This document shows, piece by piece, positions 31,568 through 42,500 of a stretch of 64,000 bases of DNA (the first letter of the stretch is position 1; each line of letters opens with the position of its first letter). The notes below the pieces were generated by a model. That model made no database searches. It worked only from the letters and a program-made list of their open reading frames with translations, and was not told the DNA's origin. The DNA is taken from the NCBI GenBank assembly GCA_040752415.1, contig JBFMGU010000009.1, positions 18,275-82,274 of the forward strand, in the 5' to 3' direction. The stretch is from Myxococcota bacterium (GTDB lineage Bacteria; Myxococcota; JACRCW01). The position numbers and the translations under genes were made by a program.

Positions 31568-33742
31568 TCACAGCTCGAACACCAGCATGTCCAGGATGTC
31601 ATCCATGTCCTGCGTGGTCTGCTGCTCCTGGTGGAACGAGGTGTAGATGACCTTGCCCGCGCCGGCGCCGGGGTGGAACCCCACGGTGAACGGCACGTTG
31701 TCCACCTGCGCGAACTCCACGCAGCCGTAGTAGGGGTCGGGCGCGGTGCACACCCAGGCGCTGCCGCGGATGTACACGGTGGTGTCGCCGGAGACCTGGC
31801 TGATCACCGCCCACTCCGCCAGGTTGAACTTGATCTCCACCTGCGTGTGCCCCAGCGCCGTGCCCAGCGCCGCGTCCACCACGTCGGCGGTCACCACGTC
31901 GGCGTCACCCAGCTCCGCGCTGTTCATCTCCCCGTCGTAGTCCAGGAAGTCCACGTAGGTGGGCCACGCCGCCTCCACCAGGTCATAGGCCCAGTCGGAG
32001 GCGTACACGCTCTTGCCGCTCTGCACGTACTGCTGCAGGTTGGCCACCGCGGTGGCGCGCATCCCGGGGTTCATCAGGAACGACTCGTCGATGCCGCAGT
32101 TGAAGAAGATGACGTCGTACTGCTGCATCAGGGAATAGTCGCCCAGCAGCGTGGAGGCGAAGTTGCCGTTCTCGCCGTTGTAGGTGTCAATCTCGTCCAG
32201 GCCCAGGCGCACCAGCACGCTGCCAATGTCGTCGTAGCGGCCGCTCACCACCGCCACCTTGGGGTCCACCACCGGCACGCAGGTCTCCGGCGCGTCGCCC
32301 ACCTCGGTGACCAGGTCCTCGCGCACGCGCACGTCGGGGATCTCGGTGGTGAAGGAGCCGGCCGCCACGTGCACCGTGTACAGGCCCACCGGGATGGCGG
32401 TGAGGGTGAAGCGTCCCTCGGGGTCGGTCTGCGTCTCGCTGGTGCCGCCGGCGGTGAGGTCCACCCAGACGCGCGCGTTGGCCAGCCACGTGGTGCCGTT
32501 GGGCGCGCAGATCCGGCCGGTGATGTCACCCTTGGGCTCCTCCACCGGCGCGCACTGCGTGGTGGGATCCACCGTCACCGTCCCGCCCGACGTCACGGTG
32601 ACCGGATAGTCCGCGGTGAAATCCACGTGCTCCACGCGCACCACGCGCGCGCCCGGCTCCACGCCCGTCAACGAGAAGCGCCCGTCGGCGTCGGTGGTCT
32701 CCGTCAGCGTGCCGCTGCTCACGTCCACCCGCACCGTGGCGCCCACCAGCGCGCCGCCCTGCGGGTTGCAGAAGTGTCCCTCGACGCTGCCCGGCGCCGG
32801 CGGCTCGCAGGAGCCCGGTCCCACCTGCGCGGTCTGGCCGGGGAGCACGTCCACGGTCTGCACCTGCTCCTCGGCGCCCACGAGGATATGCACCTGGTGC
32901 ACGCCCGCGGGGACGCCGGAGAGGAGGAAGCGACCGTCGGCGCCGGTCTCGTCGGAGACGCGCACGCCGGGCAGGTCAATGTACGCCGTGGCGCCGCTGG
33001 CCACGCCGCCCGTCGTCGCGCAGACGAGGCCCTCGACGCTGCCGGTGGGGCGCTCGCACGTGGCGGGAGAGTCCACCACCGTCTCCTGGTTGCCCACCAC
33101 CGTCACCGGGTAGATGCGCTGGTAGCTGGCGCTCTGGATGTGCAGCTGGTGGCTCCCCGCCGGCACAGCGCTCAACGCAAAGCGACCGCTGTTGTCGGTG
33201 GCGCCGTTCATCATCGCGCCGTCGGAGAGCATCAGCGTGATGGCGGCGTTGGTGACCCACACGCCCTGGGACTGGTCGCAGATCTGGCCACGCACGGTGC
33301 CGGTGGGCGCGGGCGCCGCCTGGCAGGCCGGGTCGGACAGCTGCGTCACCACGCCCGGCTCGATGGTCAGCATGGGCACCGCGCCGTGGGCCACGTCCTG
33401 CATGCCCTGCCGCTCGCTGATGGAGACCTCGTAGGTGCCAGCGGGGATGTCCGTGATGGTGACGGTGCCGTTGGCGTCGCTGCTGCCCGCCGCCACGCGC
33501 TCGCCCGAGCCCGCGGCCATCAGCACCACCGACACGCCTGCGGCGGGCTGCGCATTGCCCATGCTGCAGGTGTTGCCCGTGAGCGTCCCGGTCTGCGCGG
33601 GCGGCGGCGTCTCATCCACCACCGGAGCTCCGTCGGCGCAGGTCACCTCCGGGTCGCTGCAGACGTCCTCCTCACAGCCCAGCATGAAGAACCCCGGCAC
33701 AACCAGCGTGACGCTCCAGATGACACGGTTGATGTGGCGCAT
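31568..33742 (-). CDS. lipoprotein with ~5 carboxypeptidase-regulatory-like beta-sandwich repeats and C-terminal alpha/beta domain
   Basis: Lipobox MLGC; repeats G.[IV].G..C...(T)D..GRF.L..VP.G; C-terminal YDVIFFNCG...YASDWAY...GKVIYTSFH. Confidence 0.8.
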   Translation of the reverse strand: MRHINRVIWSVTLVVPGFFMLGCEEDVCSDPEVTCADGAPVVDETPPPAQTGTLTGNTCSMGNAQPAAGVSVVLMAAGSGERVAAGSSDANGTVTITDIPAGTYEVSISERQGMQDVAHGAVPMLTIEPGVVTQLSDPACQAAPAPTGTVRGQICDQSQGVWVTNAAITLMLSDGAMMNGATDNSGRFALSAVPAGSHQLHIQSASYQRIYPVTVVGNQETVVDSPATCERPTGSVEGLVCATTGGVASGATAYIDLPGVRVSDETGADGRFLLSGVPAGVHQVHILVGAEEQVQTVDVLPGQTAQVGPGSCEPPAPGSVEGHFCNPQGGALVGATVRVDVSSGTLTETTDADGRFSLTGVEPGARVVRVEHVDFTADYPVTVTSGGTVTVDPTTQCAPVEEPKGDITGRICAPNGTTWLANARVWVDLTAGGTSETQTDPEGRFTLTAIPVGLYTVHVAAGSFTTEIPDVRVREDLVTEVGDAPETCVPVVDPKVAVVSGRYDDIGSVLVRLGLDEIDTYNGENGNFASTLLGDYSLMQQYDVIFFNCGIDESFLMNPGMRATAVANLQQYVQSGKSVYASDWAYDLVEAAWPTYVDFLDYDGEMNSAELGDADVVTADVVDAALGTALGHTQVEIKFNLAEWAVISQVSGDTTVYIRGSAWVCTAPDPYYGCVEFAQVDNVPFTVGFHPGAGAGKVIYTSFHQEQQTTQDMDDILDMLVFEL

Positions 33743-34060
33743 GACAGGTCTCCACCGACTGAAGTCAGGACCCAATATCTGCGCCGTCTCGACGAGCGGT
33801 GCGTCACGGGACGTACGTCAGGTGACGGGTGTCGACGGGATCCGTGAGGGCCGGACGGATGACCGATGCATCTGCGCATTTCTCGTCGTCACCGGGAGCC
33901 ATGCGCACCTTGCCCCACACGGATTCCAGGCGGCGGCGTGGGGCGCCCTGCCCCGTTCCTCCGTCCTCCCGCCGGCCGACGTCACGCCGGGACCTCCCGT
34001 TGACCGAGGGACGGCTTCCGCGGCCAGCCCGAAATCCCGAGCACAACGAAGGAGCACACC

Positions 34061-35113
34061 GTGAGCCTGTTCATCTCTCCCGTCCGTGGCAGTGCCCCCA
34101 GCCAGATCCCCAACCCGGCTCAAAGCGACGCGTCGAAGCACACCGTGAAGGTGGGTGAGACGCTGGCGCAGATCGCCAAGGACCTGGGCATCTCGCTGGA
34201 GGATCTGCTCAACGCCAACCCCAACATCTCCAACGAGCACAACATCCAGGCCGGCCAGGAGCTCAACGTGCCGGGTGCGTCCGGCGCGTCCGGCAACGCG
34301 ATGCCCTCGCCTTCTCCGTCGGGCGAGGCCGCGCCCACCACGCGCACGCGGCGCAACACGCCCCGGTCCAACGGCACCTATGCGCGCGGCGGGGGAGCCA
34401 AGCCCACGCCCACCACTGGAGCCAACCGTCGCACGCTGGAGCGCCGGCTTCCGCGCAACAACACCTCTGTCGCCGAGACGCCGCGCAACAACACGCCCAC
34501 CGCCGAGACGCCGCGCAACAACACGCCGGCCGTGCAGAACGAGCGCACCACGCCGCGTGGCAACGGGCCGGTGAGCCCCACGGACATGCCCACCACCGGC
34601 GCCTCCGCGCGCACTGCGCGACAGGACCGCGTGCCTCCCGGCGTGGAGGGCTCGCGTCGCATGGCGCGGAATGATGAGTCGCGGCTGCAGCGCTACCGCG
34701 AGGACTTCCAGGCCGCGGGACGTCGTCACAACATCGACCCGTCCATCCTGGCCGCCATTGCCAGCCGGGAGTCGCGCGGTGGTGCGGCGTTGGATCGTCG
34801 TGGGCTGGGCGACAACGGCAATGGGTTTGGCCTGATGCAGGTGGACAAGCGCTTCCACCGTCCCGCCGGCGGTCCCTACAGCCGCGCGCACATCGAGCAG
34901 GCCGCGGGCATCCTGGCGGGCTTCCGTGACCAGATTGCACGGGAGCGTCCCAACTGGACTCCCCAGCAGGTCATGAAGGCCGCCATCTCCGCGTACAACA
35001 CCGGCAACGACCGCTGGCGCGACCCCAACAACACCGACTCCACCACCACGGGCCGGGACTACGCCAACGACGTCATTGCCCGTGCGCGCTACTTCCGGGA
35101 GCGGGGGTTCTGA
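34061..35113 (+). CDS. LysM + goose-type (GH23) lysozyme
   Basis: LysM HTVKVGETLAQIA...NPNI...IQAGQELNVP; IASRESRGG (catalytic Glu), GDNGNGFGLMQVDKR, ISAYNTG, TTGRDYANDVIARA; AAGGAG RBS. Confidence 0.9.
   Translation: MSLFISPVRGSAPSQIPNPAQSDASKHTVKVGETLAQIAKDLGISLEDLLNANPNISNEHNIQAGQELNVPGASGASGNAMPSPSPSGEAAPTTRTRRNTPRSNGTYARGGGAKPTPTTGANRRTLERRLPRNNTSVAETPRNNTPTAETPRNNTPAVQNERTTPRGNGPVSPTDMPTTGASARTARQDRVPPGVEGSRRMARNDESRLQRYREDFQAAGRRHNIDPSILAAIASRESRGGAALDRRGLGDNGNGFGLMQVDKRFHRPAGGPYSRAHIEQAAGILAGFRDQIARERPNWTPQQVMKAAISAYNTGNDRWRDPNNTDSTTTGRDYANDVIARARYFRERGF
34451..34525 (+). repeat. 30-bp tandem repeat (2.5 copies) encoding the PRNNT..AET linker
   Basis: CCGCGCAACAACAC at 34451, 34481, 34511. 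Confidence 0.8.
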
Positions 35114-35136
35114 GGGGGCGGGAAGTTGCTTCCCGG

Positions 35137-35247
35137 GAAAAGGAAGTCAGGAGTCAGAATACAGAAGTCAGAAGGTGCTGAGCTCTCGTCGTCGCGGTAC
35201 CGCATTCTGACCTCTGACTTCTGACTTCTGACTTCTGACTCCCTTTC
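35137..35247. repeat. heptamer (GAAGTCA)n/(TGACTTC)n palindromic intergenic element, copy 1
   Basis: AAAAGGAAGTCAGGAGTCAGAATACAGAAGTCAGAAGGTG...CCGCATTCTGACCTCTGACTTCTGACTTCTGACTTCTGACTCC between convergent genes. Confidence 0.85.
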
Positions 35248-35261
35248 TTGAGCCCCGCGCT

Positions 35262-36626
35262 TCAGCGTTCAAGCACCGGCAGAATGAACGTATCCACGTA
35301 GGGCCGTTCATCCTTGCGGGACAACTGGAAGATCCGACTGCCGAACGCACCGCTCAGGAAGTCCTTCTCCGTGACCCACGCGGTGCGTCCTCCGTCGGGG
35401 TCGGACACCAGGAACTCGCGACGCGGCTCGCGCCCCTTCACCGCGCTGAGCAGCATCCAGTGCGCCGGCTCGGAGATGCCAAAGGGCACGTCGACACCGC
35501 GGCGCAGCGCCGCCTCGACGGCATCCAGGTGCCGTCCCGCCTGCCCCCGCGCGAATCCCTCGACGGGGTGCGTGCTGCGGTAGCGGATGCCGGTGCGCGG
35601 GGTGATCACCTGCTCCAGGGCGCGGATGAGCGACTCCGTCGCCAGGCCCTCGTCCTTGTTGGGGATGGGATTCTGTCGCAGGCGCACCAGCTCGTCGGCG
35701 GAAGGGAAACCGGCGTAGCGCTCCCGGCAGGCCTCCAGCGCGCGTCTCCCCGACGTGGTGAGCGGCGCACCCTTCAGCGCGTGCGCCAGCAGCGCTTCCT
35801 TCTGCACCAGCGTGACCTCGTTCCCGGCGTGCAGACGGCCCAGCGCGTTGCGCAGGCGTGAGCGCAGCAGCGCCTCCTGGCGCCCCATGGCAATCCCCCC
35901 GCCCGCCTCCAGCAGCCGCTTCTGGAAATCCGCGATGGGCCCGGTGACGTCGTCACCCTGGATGCCGTGCTGGTGCAGGAACAACGCGTAGGCCGGGTCT
36001 GCCTCCGCCAGCATCATCTGCACCACGGTGGTGCCGCACGACGCGGTGAAGCGCTGGAACAGCCCGTCGTTGTCCGCGGCGTGCACGTCCCCGCGCGGAG
36101 CGCGGATGCTGCCCCGACGTCCCCACCACGCCAGCGGGTCCACCGCGCTGTGGTTGGTGGTGGAATCCAGGTCCAGGCTGGTGGCATGACGACGTGCTTC
36201 CTCGTCATCCAGGCCGCGCAGCGTTTTGGCCAGCGACGTGAGCTCACCGAGCGCGGTGGCATCCGGGCCCGCGGCGAGCACCTCCGCACGCGCGGAGACG
36301 GCGCGCAGCAGGATGGCGGATTGGACCGGGGTGAGGTCGCCGGAGACTGCCTCCACCGCGAGCTTCACGTCGGGACGCGCGCGCAACAGCCGGTCCACGC
36401 GCTGGGATTCATGCGCGGTGAGGATGGGCTCCACGCCTTCCGGCCCGTCGCTGCGACGCAGCCGGCTGGCACCCTCCAACGCCACGGAAGCACTGCCCGC
36501 ACCGCGCTCGAACGCATCCTCCCGACGACGCGGCGCCGACGGAGCACGGCTTGGACGCGCGCCCTCCGCCTCCGGCATCCGCGGGGTCGGACGCATGCCA
36601 CCGGTGCGCGTGCGGACAATGCCCAT
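35262..36626 (-). CDS. putative papain-like (C39-like) cysteine peptidase-domain protein
   Basis: QRFTASCG (Gln/Cys), AHWMLL (His), LVSDPDGG (Asp) in papain-fold order; no signal peptide. Confidence 0.6.
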   Translation of the reverse strand: MGIVRTRTGGMRPTPRMPEAEGARPSRAPSAPRRREDAFERGAGSASVALEGASRLRRSDGPEGVEPILTAHESQRVDRLLRARPDVKLAVEAVSGDLTPVQSAILLRAVSARAEVLAAGPDATALGELTSLAKTLRGLDDEEARRHATSLDLDSTTNHSAVDPLAWWGRRGSIRAPRGDVHAADNDGLFQRFTASCGTTVVQMMLAEADPAYALFLHQHGIQGDDVTGPIADFQKRLLEAGGGIAMGRQEALLRSRLRNALGRLHAGNEVTLVQKEALLAHALKGAPLTTSGRRALEACRERYAGFPSADELVRLRQNPIPNKDEGLATESLIRALEQVITPRTGIRYRSTHPVEGFARGQAGRHLDAVEAALRRGVDVPFGISEPAHWMLLSAVKGREPRREFLVSDPDGGRTAWVTEKDFLSGAFGSRIFQLSRKDERPYVDTFILPVLER

Positions 36627-36633
36627 GCTCAGC

Positions 36634-36969
36634 TCATTCCTCGTCCTCGAGGATCTCGCGGATGGTGTTCTCCAGCTCCACGATGGCGTCCTCCAGCTCC
36701 GGCTCCTGCGCCTTCAGCAGCGTGGCGGCGCGCGTGTTGCTCACCGGCCCCTCGCGCAGGAGGACCGAGAGGTAGCGCTGTGAAAGTGGCGTGAGCTCCG
36801 CCAGCAGGTTGCGCGCGTCAATGGCCATGTCCGGGTCGTCCTGGATCTGCTCCAGGCGGGTGATGATCCAGATGGCCCTGCGCTCACCGGGTTGCTCGGC
36901 GCGCGGCGCGCCCTCGTCGTGCTGGTCGTCGTCGGCGGCCTTCCTGGGGGCGGACTTTCGCGTTGCCAC
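36634..36969 (-). CDS. small acidic hypothetical protein, possible HTH
   Basis: GGAGG RBS before GTG; LLREGPVSNTRAATLL...ELEDAIVELE pattern; 7 bp from the peptidase start. Confidence 0.65.
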   Translation of the reverse strand: MATRKSAPRKAADDDQHDEGAPRAEQPGERRAIWIITRLEQIQDDPDMAIDARNLLAELTPLSQRYLSVLLREGPVSNTRAATLLKAQEPELEDAIVELENTIREILEDEE

Positions 36970-37067
36970 GTTTCCTCCGTGTGGGCTCGCAGCATGCGTT
37001 CCTCGCCGCCAAAGCGCAACGGATCGTGGTCAGGCTCCTCTGCGTCTGGTACCCAACGGGTGAGCGC

Positions 37068-37889
37068 ATGGCGGAGTTGATTCAGCAGGTGATGGTGGTG
37101 GCGCTGCTCGTCAGCGTGATGCTGGCCATGGGCCTGGAGCTCACCTCCCGCCAACTGCTCGACAGCGTCCGGCCGCCCGGCCCCATGCTCTTCACCCTCG
37201 TCCTCAACCTGCTCGTCGTCCCCGCGGCGGCGTGGGCGTTGACGCGCGCGGCGTCGTTGCCGGCGGAGGCGGCGGCGGGAATCCTGTTGTGCGCGTTCTC
37301 TCCCGGTGGTGGCACCGGCGCGCTGCTGACAACGCACGCGCGCGGCAACGTGGCCTTCTCGGTGGCCCTGCTGGCACTGCTCAGCCTGGCCAGCGCATTC
37401 ACGACGCCACTGTGGGTCTCCGTGGCGCTGCCCACGCCCCAGCCGGTGGAGATGGGCGCGGTGGCGCGCAGCGTGTTGGGCACGTTGGTGGTGTTGCAGG
37501 TGCTGCCGCTGGCGGCGGGGATGGCGCTGCGTCGCGTCTCGCCGCCACGCGCGGACCGGTTGCGGCGCGTCTTCTCCACGACGGGGACAGTGCTCCTTGC
37601 CGTGCTGGTGGTCGGGCTCTTGGGGCGTCACGGCGCTCGCGCGCTCGAGTTGGGCGCGGCACCGCTGGGCGTCATGACGGCGTGCGTGGGGATCAGCCTG
37701 GGGACGGCGTGGGTGCTGCCCTCGTCGTGGCGGGCGGCCGGGGTCATGACCACCGCGGTGCGCAACCTCTCCACCGCCATCCTGGTGGCAACGCTCCACT
37801 TCCCGTGGCCGTCGGTGATGTTGGCCATCCTGCTCTACGGGCTGGTGATGTACCTGGTTTCCCTGGCGGCCCTGGCTGCGCTGCGCTGA
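37068..37889 (+). CDS. bile acid:sodium symporter family transporter
   Basis: MLAMGLEL, NLLVVP, SPGG, ARGNVA, VRNLSTA; ~9 TM. Confidence 0.85.
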   Translation: MAELIQQVMVVALLVSVMLAMGLELTSRQLLDSVRPPGPMLFTLVLNLLVVPAAAWALTRAASLPAEAAAGILLCAFSPGGGTGALLTTHARGNVAFSVALLALLSLASAFTTPLWVSVALPTPQPVEMGAVARSVLGTLVVLQVLPLAAGMALRRVSPPRADRLRRVFSTTGTVLLAVLVVGLLGRHGARALELGAAPLGVMTACVGISLGTAWVLPSSWRAAGVMTTAVRNLSTAILVATLHFPWPSVMLAILLYGLVMYLVSLAALAALR

Positions 37890-37904
37890 CGTCGGGAAAC
37901 GCGC

Positions 37905-38378
37905 TCAGCGCGCCAGCTCCGCCCACTCCTTGTTCATCCGCGCCGCCCCCAGCTGCAGGGAATCAAACTCGTCCATCTCCCCGCGCGTGGTGACGCCCAG
38001 CATGCGCAGCGCGGTGTTGATGGGCTTGTGGTGCAGCGGCATGCGGACCCCCGAGGTCTCGTCGTCGATCACGGGACCAAAGACCAGCGTTCCGCCACGC
38101 CACACCGCCGCCGCCTGCTTCCCCAGCCCGGCGAAGTACTCGGTCTCCAGGTAGGCCACCGCGCCCGCGCGGGAAGCGGCCTCCAGGCGCGGAACCCACG
38201 CCCGGGTCAACGCGCGGAACGTGGACCCGAACGCAAGCGCTTCCGCTCCAGCCTCCTCCGTCGCCACGACGAGGAGCTCGAAGTCCTGCGGCAGGGTGAC
38301 CAGGGCAGCTCCGCATTCCGCGGCCAGCGACGCGAGACAGCCACGCGTTGCCACAACAACTTCAATGCGGTGTGCCAT
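37905..38378 (-). CDS. hypothetical protein
   Basis: VAYLETEYFAGLGKQAAAVW...PINTALRMLGV...DEFDSLQLG looks like a conserved uncharacterised family. Confidence 0.65.
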   Translation of the reverse strand: MAHRIEVVVATRGCLASLAAECGAALVTLPQDFELLVVATEEAGAEALAFGSTFRALTRAWVPRLEAASRAGAVAYLETEYFAGLGKQAAAVWRGGTLVFGPVIDDETSGVRMPLHHKPINTALRMLGVTTRGEMDEFDSLQLGAARMNKEWAELAR

Positions 38379-38487
38379 GGGCCTTGCTCCGAGATCCCGG
38401 TCCAATCAGAACGGATCACCCGGATGTCCCGCGCAGGCAAGTCCGCGCCGCGTGACAATTGCGTGTCGGGGGCACCCCCGCCGAGGC

Positions 38488-39306
38488 TCAGGCCAGGCCC
38501 AGCCACGTCACGAACGCCGCAGCCACGCCCGAACCCACCAACGTCGCCACCGCGTTGACGGCGTCATTGCCAAACCAGCGCCAGCCGCGCACGTGCCGCG
38601 TCCGCGTGCCGCAGTGGTGCACCTCGCCCTCCGTCTCCCGACGACACGTCTCGCAGTGGAACGCTGCCTGCACCGTGGCGCCCAGCACGCTGTCGCTCCA
38701 CGCGCCCACCACACCGCCCAACGCCGACGTGAGCACGACGACACCAGCCCCCATCCGCACCTCCAGCCCCGTCCCCGCCGCCACCAGGCCCACCAGCAAC
38801 GCGCCGCCCAGCGTGGCCAGGAGCCCCAGACCGGAGACCGCGCCGGACGTGCCCCGCGGGACGCGCTTCAACGTCAGCACGGACACCGGGTCACGACGAG
38901 AAAGGATGCCCAGCTCCGTGGCCCAGGTGTCGCCGTTGGCGGTGGCCAGGGCTCCCAGGAACGCGGCGCTGGCCCGCACGTCCGTCGTCGCGAGCATGAC
39001 CAGCGCCAGCACCGCCGCCACGCCGCCATTGGCCAGCGCCTGCCACCCATCCCGACGATCTCCCTTGGAGAACTCCAGCTTGGTGACCTCCTTGCGCGCG
39101 CGCCCCACCTTGCCCAGCAGCGTCGAGGTCACGAAGAAGGTCACCAGCACCCCAAACCCCGACACCCCGGCCCCCACGCAGATGCTGGTGCCAATCGCCA
39201 GCGCGGCCAACGCGCCCGAGCCAGAGAGCGAGCCCCGTCGCCACGCGAACAGGGCAATCACCGCGCTGCCCACAACGCCGAGGAGTAAGCGGTGGAGGAG
39301 GATCAT
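38488..39306 (-). CDS. DUF92 (TMEM19-like) membrane protein
   Basis: LSGSGA, RDGWQALANG, DTWATELG, GTSGAVS, DSVLGAT, CETC...HHCG, NDAVN. Confidence 0.9.
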   Translation of the reverse strand: MILLHRLLLGVVGSAVIALFAWRRGSLSGSGALAALAIGTSICVGAGVSGFGVLVTFFVTSTLLGKVGRARKEVTKLEFSKGDRRDGWQALANGGVAAVLALVMLATTDVRASAAFLGALATANGDTWATELGILSRRDPVSVLTLKRVPRGTSGAVSGLGLLATLGGALLVGLVAAGTGLEVRMGAGVVVLTSALGGVVGAWSDSVLGATVQAAFHCETCRRETEGEVHHCGTRTRHVRGWRWFGNDAVNAVATLVGSGVAAAFVTWLGLA

Positions 39307-39528
39307 CCGCCGGACATCATGCCCTGCACGTCGGGGCGGCGGCCAAGGAAATCGAACCCCTCGTGACGTCGTGGGACCCGCCGCATGCGCGACCAGGAAA
39401 CAGCTCAAGGTGGCTCACGGGGAATGAGGCGATGTGCCACTTCCAGGGGTTGGGGCCGTGGAGCCACGTCGGGCGCGGTTGACGGGCAAGTTTCGGGCGC
39501 GTTATCGTCGGGAATGGGCGGTTCCCTC

Positions 39529-42500
39529 ATGAACCGCAGGTCCTACATGACACCACGCGCGCTCCTCCTGCGGGCCCTTCCCCTCGCTACCCTGGCGACC
39601 GGTTGCTACTTCCTTCCGACGGATGAGTACCCCTGCAGCAGCGACGCGGACTGCGCCGGGTTGCCGCGCTCCATCTGTGACGTCGAGAAAAACGTCTGCA
39701 CCAACACCACCATCGTCACCATCCTGCCCTGGCTCCAGGACGGCGGACTCCAGACGGTGGTGGATTCCGGCGTGGTGGTCATCATCAAGGACGGTGGTCC
39801 GCCACTCCCGGACGCCGCCACATCCGACGACGCGAGCATTCCCGACGCGGCCACCAACCCGGATGGCGCGGTGATCACGGATGCGGCTGTCGCGGGGGAC
39901 GCTGCGCTCTCCGACGCAGGCGTCGTCGACCTGGATGGCGGCACCACCGACGCCGCGACGAGCGACGCCGCCGTGGGAACGGACGCGGGAGTCGACTTTG
40001 ACGCCGCGGTGGGCGTGGACCGCTACCTTCCGCCCGGCAATCGCGCGCCGGTGGCGTACGGTGGCGCCTTGCTCACCACGCCGGGTGTCACCGGCACCGG
40101 CACGCTGCGCGCCGAGGATCCCGACGGAAACGCGATCACCTACGTGCTGCTGGACCCGATTCCCGAGGGGCTGACGCTGTTGGATGCGAGCACCGGTCTG
40201 TACAGCTTCACCTCCAACACCAGCGGCGCGCTGACCTTCCGCTTCCGCGCCACCGACGGACAGCTGACCTCCAATGAGGCCCTCGTCGAGGTGCGCGTGG
40301 TGGGAGACTCGTTGCGCAGCCGCACGTGGGTGGGTGGCGACGGGAGCAATCCGCGCGGCTGGGCCGTGGCCAACAACTGGAGCCCGCCGCAGATCCCGGA
40401 CACCAACGACGACGTCCTCATCCCCGACACCACCAATGACCCGCTGGTCTCCGCCAACGCCGTGGTGCACTCCATCTACGTGCTCGCCGGGGCGGAAATC
40501 GAGGTGGGCGGGACGGCGGAGCTGAACGCCAAGGGTGACGTCATGGCGGGCGGTCTGACGCGGGGCACGGGCAAGCTGGTGATGGAGCCGCCAGCCAACG
40601 CGCCCTCCAAGGCATTCGGCACGTTTGGCAACCTGGACATCCGCGCCAACGCCGGCACCCTGGGCCCCGTCCTCGCCGACACGCTGCGCGTTGCCGGAGC
40701 GCAGTGGTTCGGCCAGCAGGTGCAATTCACCGTCGGGGGACAGCGGATCGAGGTCACGCGCACGCTGACCACGGAGAACGGCGGCACGCTGGTGATGACC
40801 AGCCCGCTGGATTACGTCGTCGTGGGAGGCAAGGCCACCTTCAATGGCAACTCGCAGGGTGTGCTGACCAACGGCGTCCTCGAGCTGCGCAATGACCTGG
40901 ACATCCTCGGCGGTACCGCCTTCACCGCCAGCGACGAACACAAGGTCCTGCTCACCGGCAGCTCCCAGACCCTGCGCATGAGCGGCGGCGGCACCAACAA
41001 CTGGAGCGCACACCTGCAGGATCTGGAGGTCCAGTCCACGCTGGGCGTCACGTTCACCTCCGTCAATGGCGACAACTCCGAGCACGTGATCATGGGCAAT
41101 CTCGACGTCACCAGCCCCACCGTGACGTTGCGGGGCAGCCAGACGGTGCGCGTGCTGGGCGATTTGGTCACCGTGGAGCAGAGCACCGTGGACCTTGCGG
41201 GGATCGTGTTGACCGCCACCACGGGAACCGAGCTCGTGGCGGGAGCGTTCACGCCAGACACCGTCACCTTCGCGGCCACGACGGAAGCCACCATGAAGTC
41301 GGGGCTTGGCTACCAGGCGGTCCGCGCGCTGGGCCCGGTGCTCGTCGCGGACGGCAGCACCATGGACGCGCTCTCACTGCAGGCCACCACCGCCGTGGTC
41401 CGGCTGGAAGGCAACGCGACGGTGAACGGCAACGTCAGTGTGGAGCTGGGTGAGCTGGTGGTCGACGGCGCGGACGACGTCACCGTCAGCGGTTCCTTCA
41501 CCACCGTCTACAACGTCAGTGGTGGCGGCACGCTGCGCATGGAAGGTGGCGAGCTCGACGTCACGGGCGCGGTGACCTTCGGCGGCGGCAACACCAACAA
41601 CAAGCTCATCGGCGGGACGCTGCGCGCACGCGGCGCTTTCGACGCCACCACCTCCGGCGCGTTCACGGCGGGTGGTGAGCACACGGTGATCCTGGAGGGC
41701 GCGGCCGCGCAGACGGTCCGTTTCACTGGCGGCGGTGTGAACACCTGGCAGAACCACTTCCAGCACCTGCAGGTCCTCTCCGGTGGCAACCTCACCTTCA
41801 CGCCCTACAACAGCGACACCGGTGAAACCGTCATCATGGGCAACCTCGACGTCGACACCGCCGTGACGCTGACCGGCTCGCAGCCGCTGCGGGTGGTGGG
41901 CACGTTGGACACGGTGAGCGGCAGCACCATCGACAACAACGCCATCCTGCTCGGCGGCCAGTCGGGCACCTCGCTGGTGGCGGGTGACTTCACGCCCAAC
42001 ACGGTGACCTTCCTCTCGTCGGGGGGGGATGCGCCGGCCAAGGCGGGCCTGGGTTACCGCACCGTGATCGTGCAGGGCACCGTGACCTTCGGCGACGGCG
42101 CCACCATGAGCACGCTGACGCTCAACACCAGCACCGCCATTGCGCGCTTTGCTGGCGTGGCCACGGTGAACGGCAACGTCAGTGTGGACCTGGGAGAGGT
42201 TGTCGTCGACGGCACGGACGGTGTCACCGTCACCGGTTCCTTCACCACCGTCTACAACGTCAGTGGTGGCGGCACGCTGCGCATGGAAGGTGGCGAGCTC
42301 GACGTCACGGGCGCGGTGACCTTCGGCGGCGGCAGCACCAACAACAAGCTCATCGGCGGGACGCTGCGCGCACGCGGCGCTTTCGACGCCACCACCTCCG
42401 GCGCGTTCACGGCGGGCGGTGAGCACACGGTGATCCTGGAGGGCGCGGCCGCGCAGACGGTCCGTTTCACTGGCGGCGGTGTGAACACCTGGCAGAACCA

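Noticed and set aside
39331..39365. tRNA T-arm-like GGTTCGATT on the minus strand
   Set aside because: Weak stem, no D or anticodon arm, no CCA, no integrase nearby
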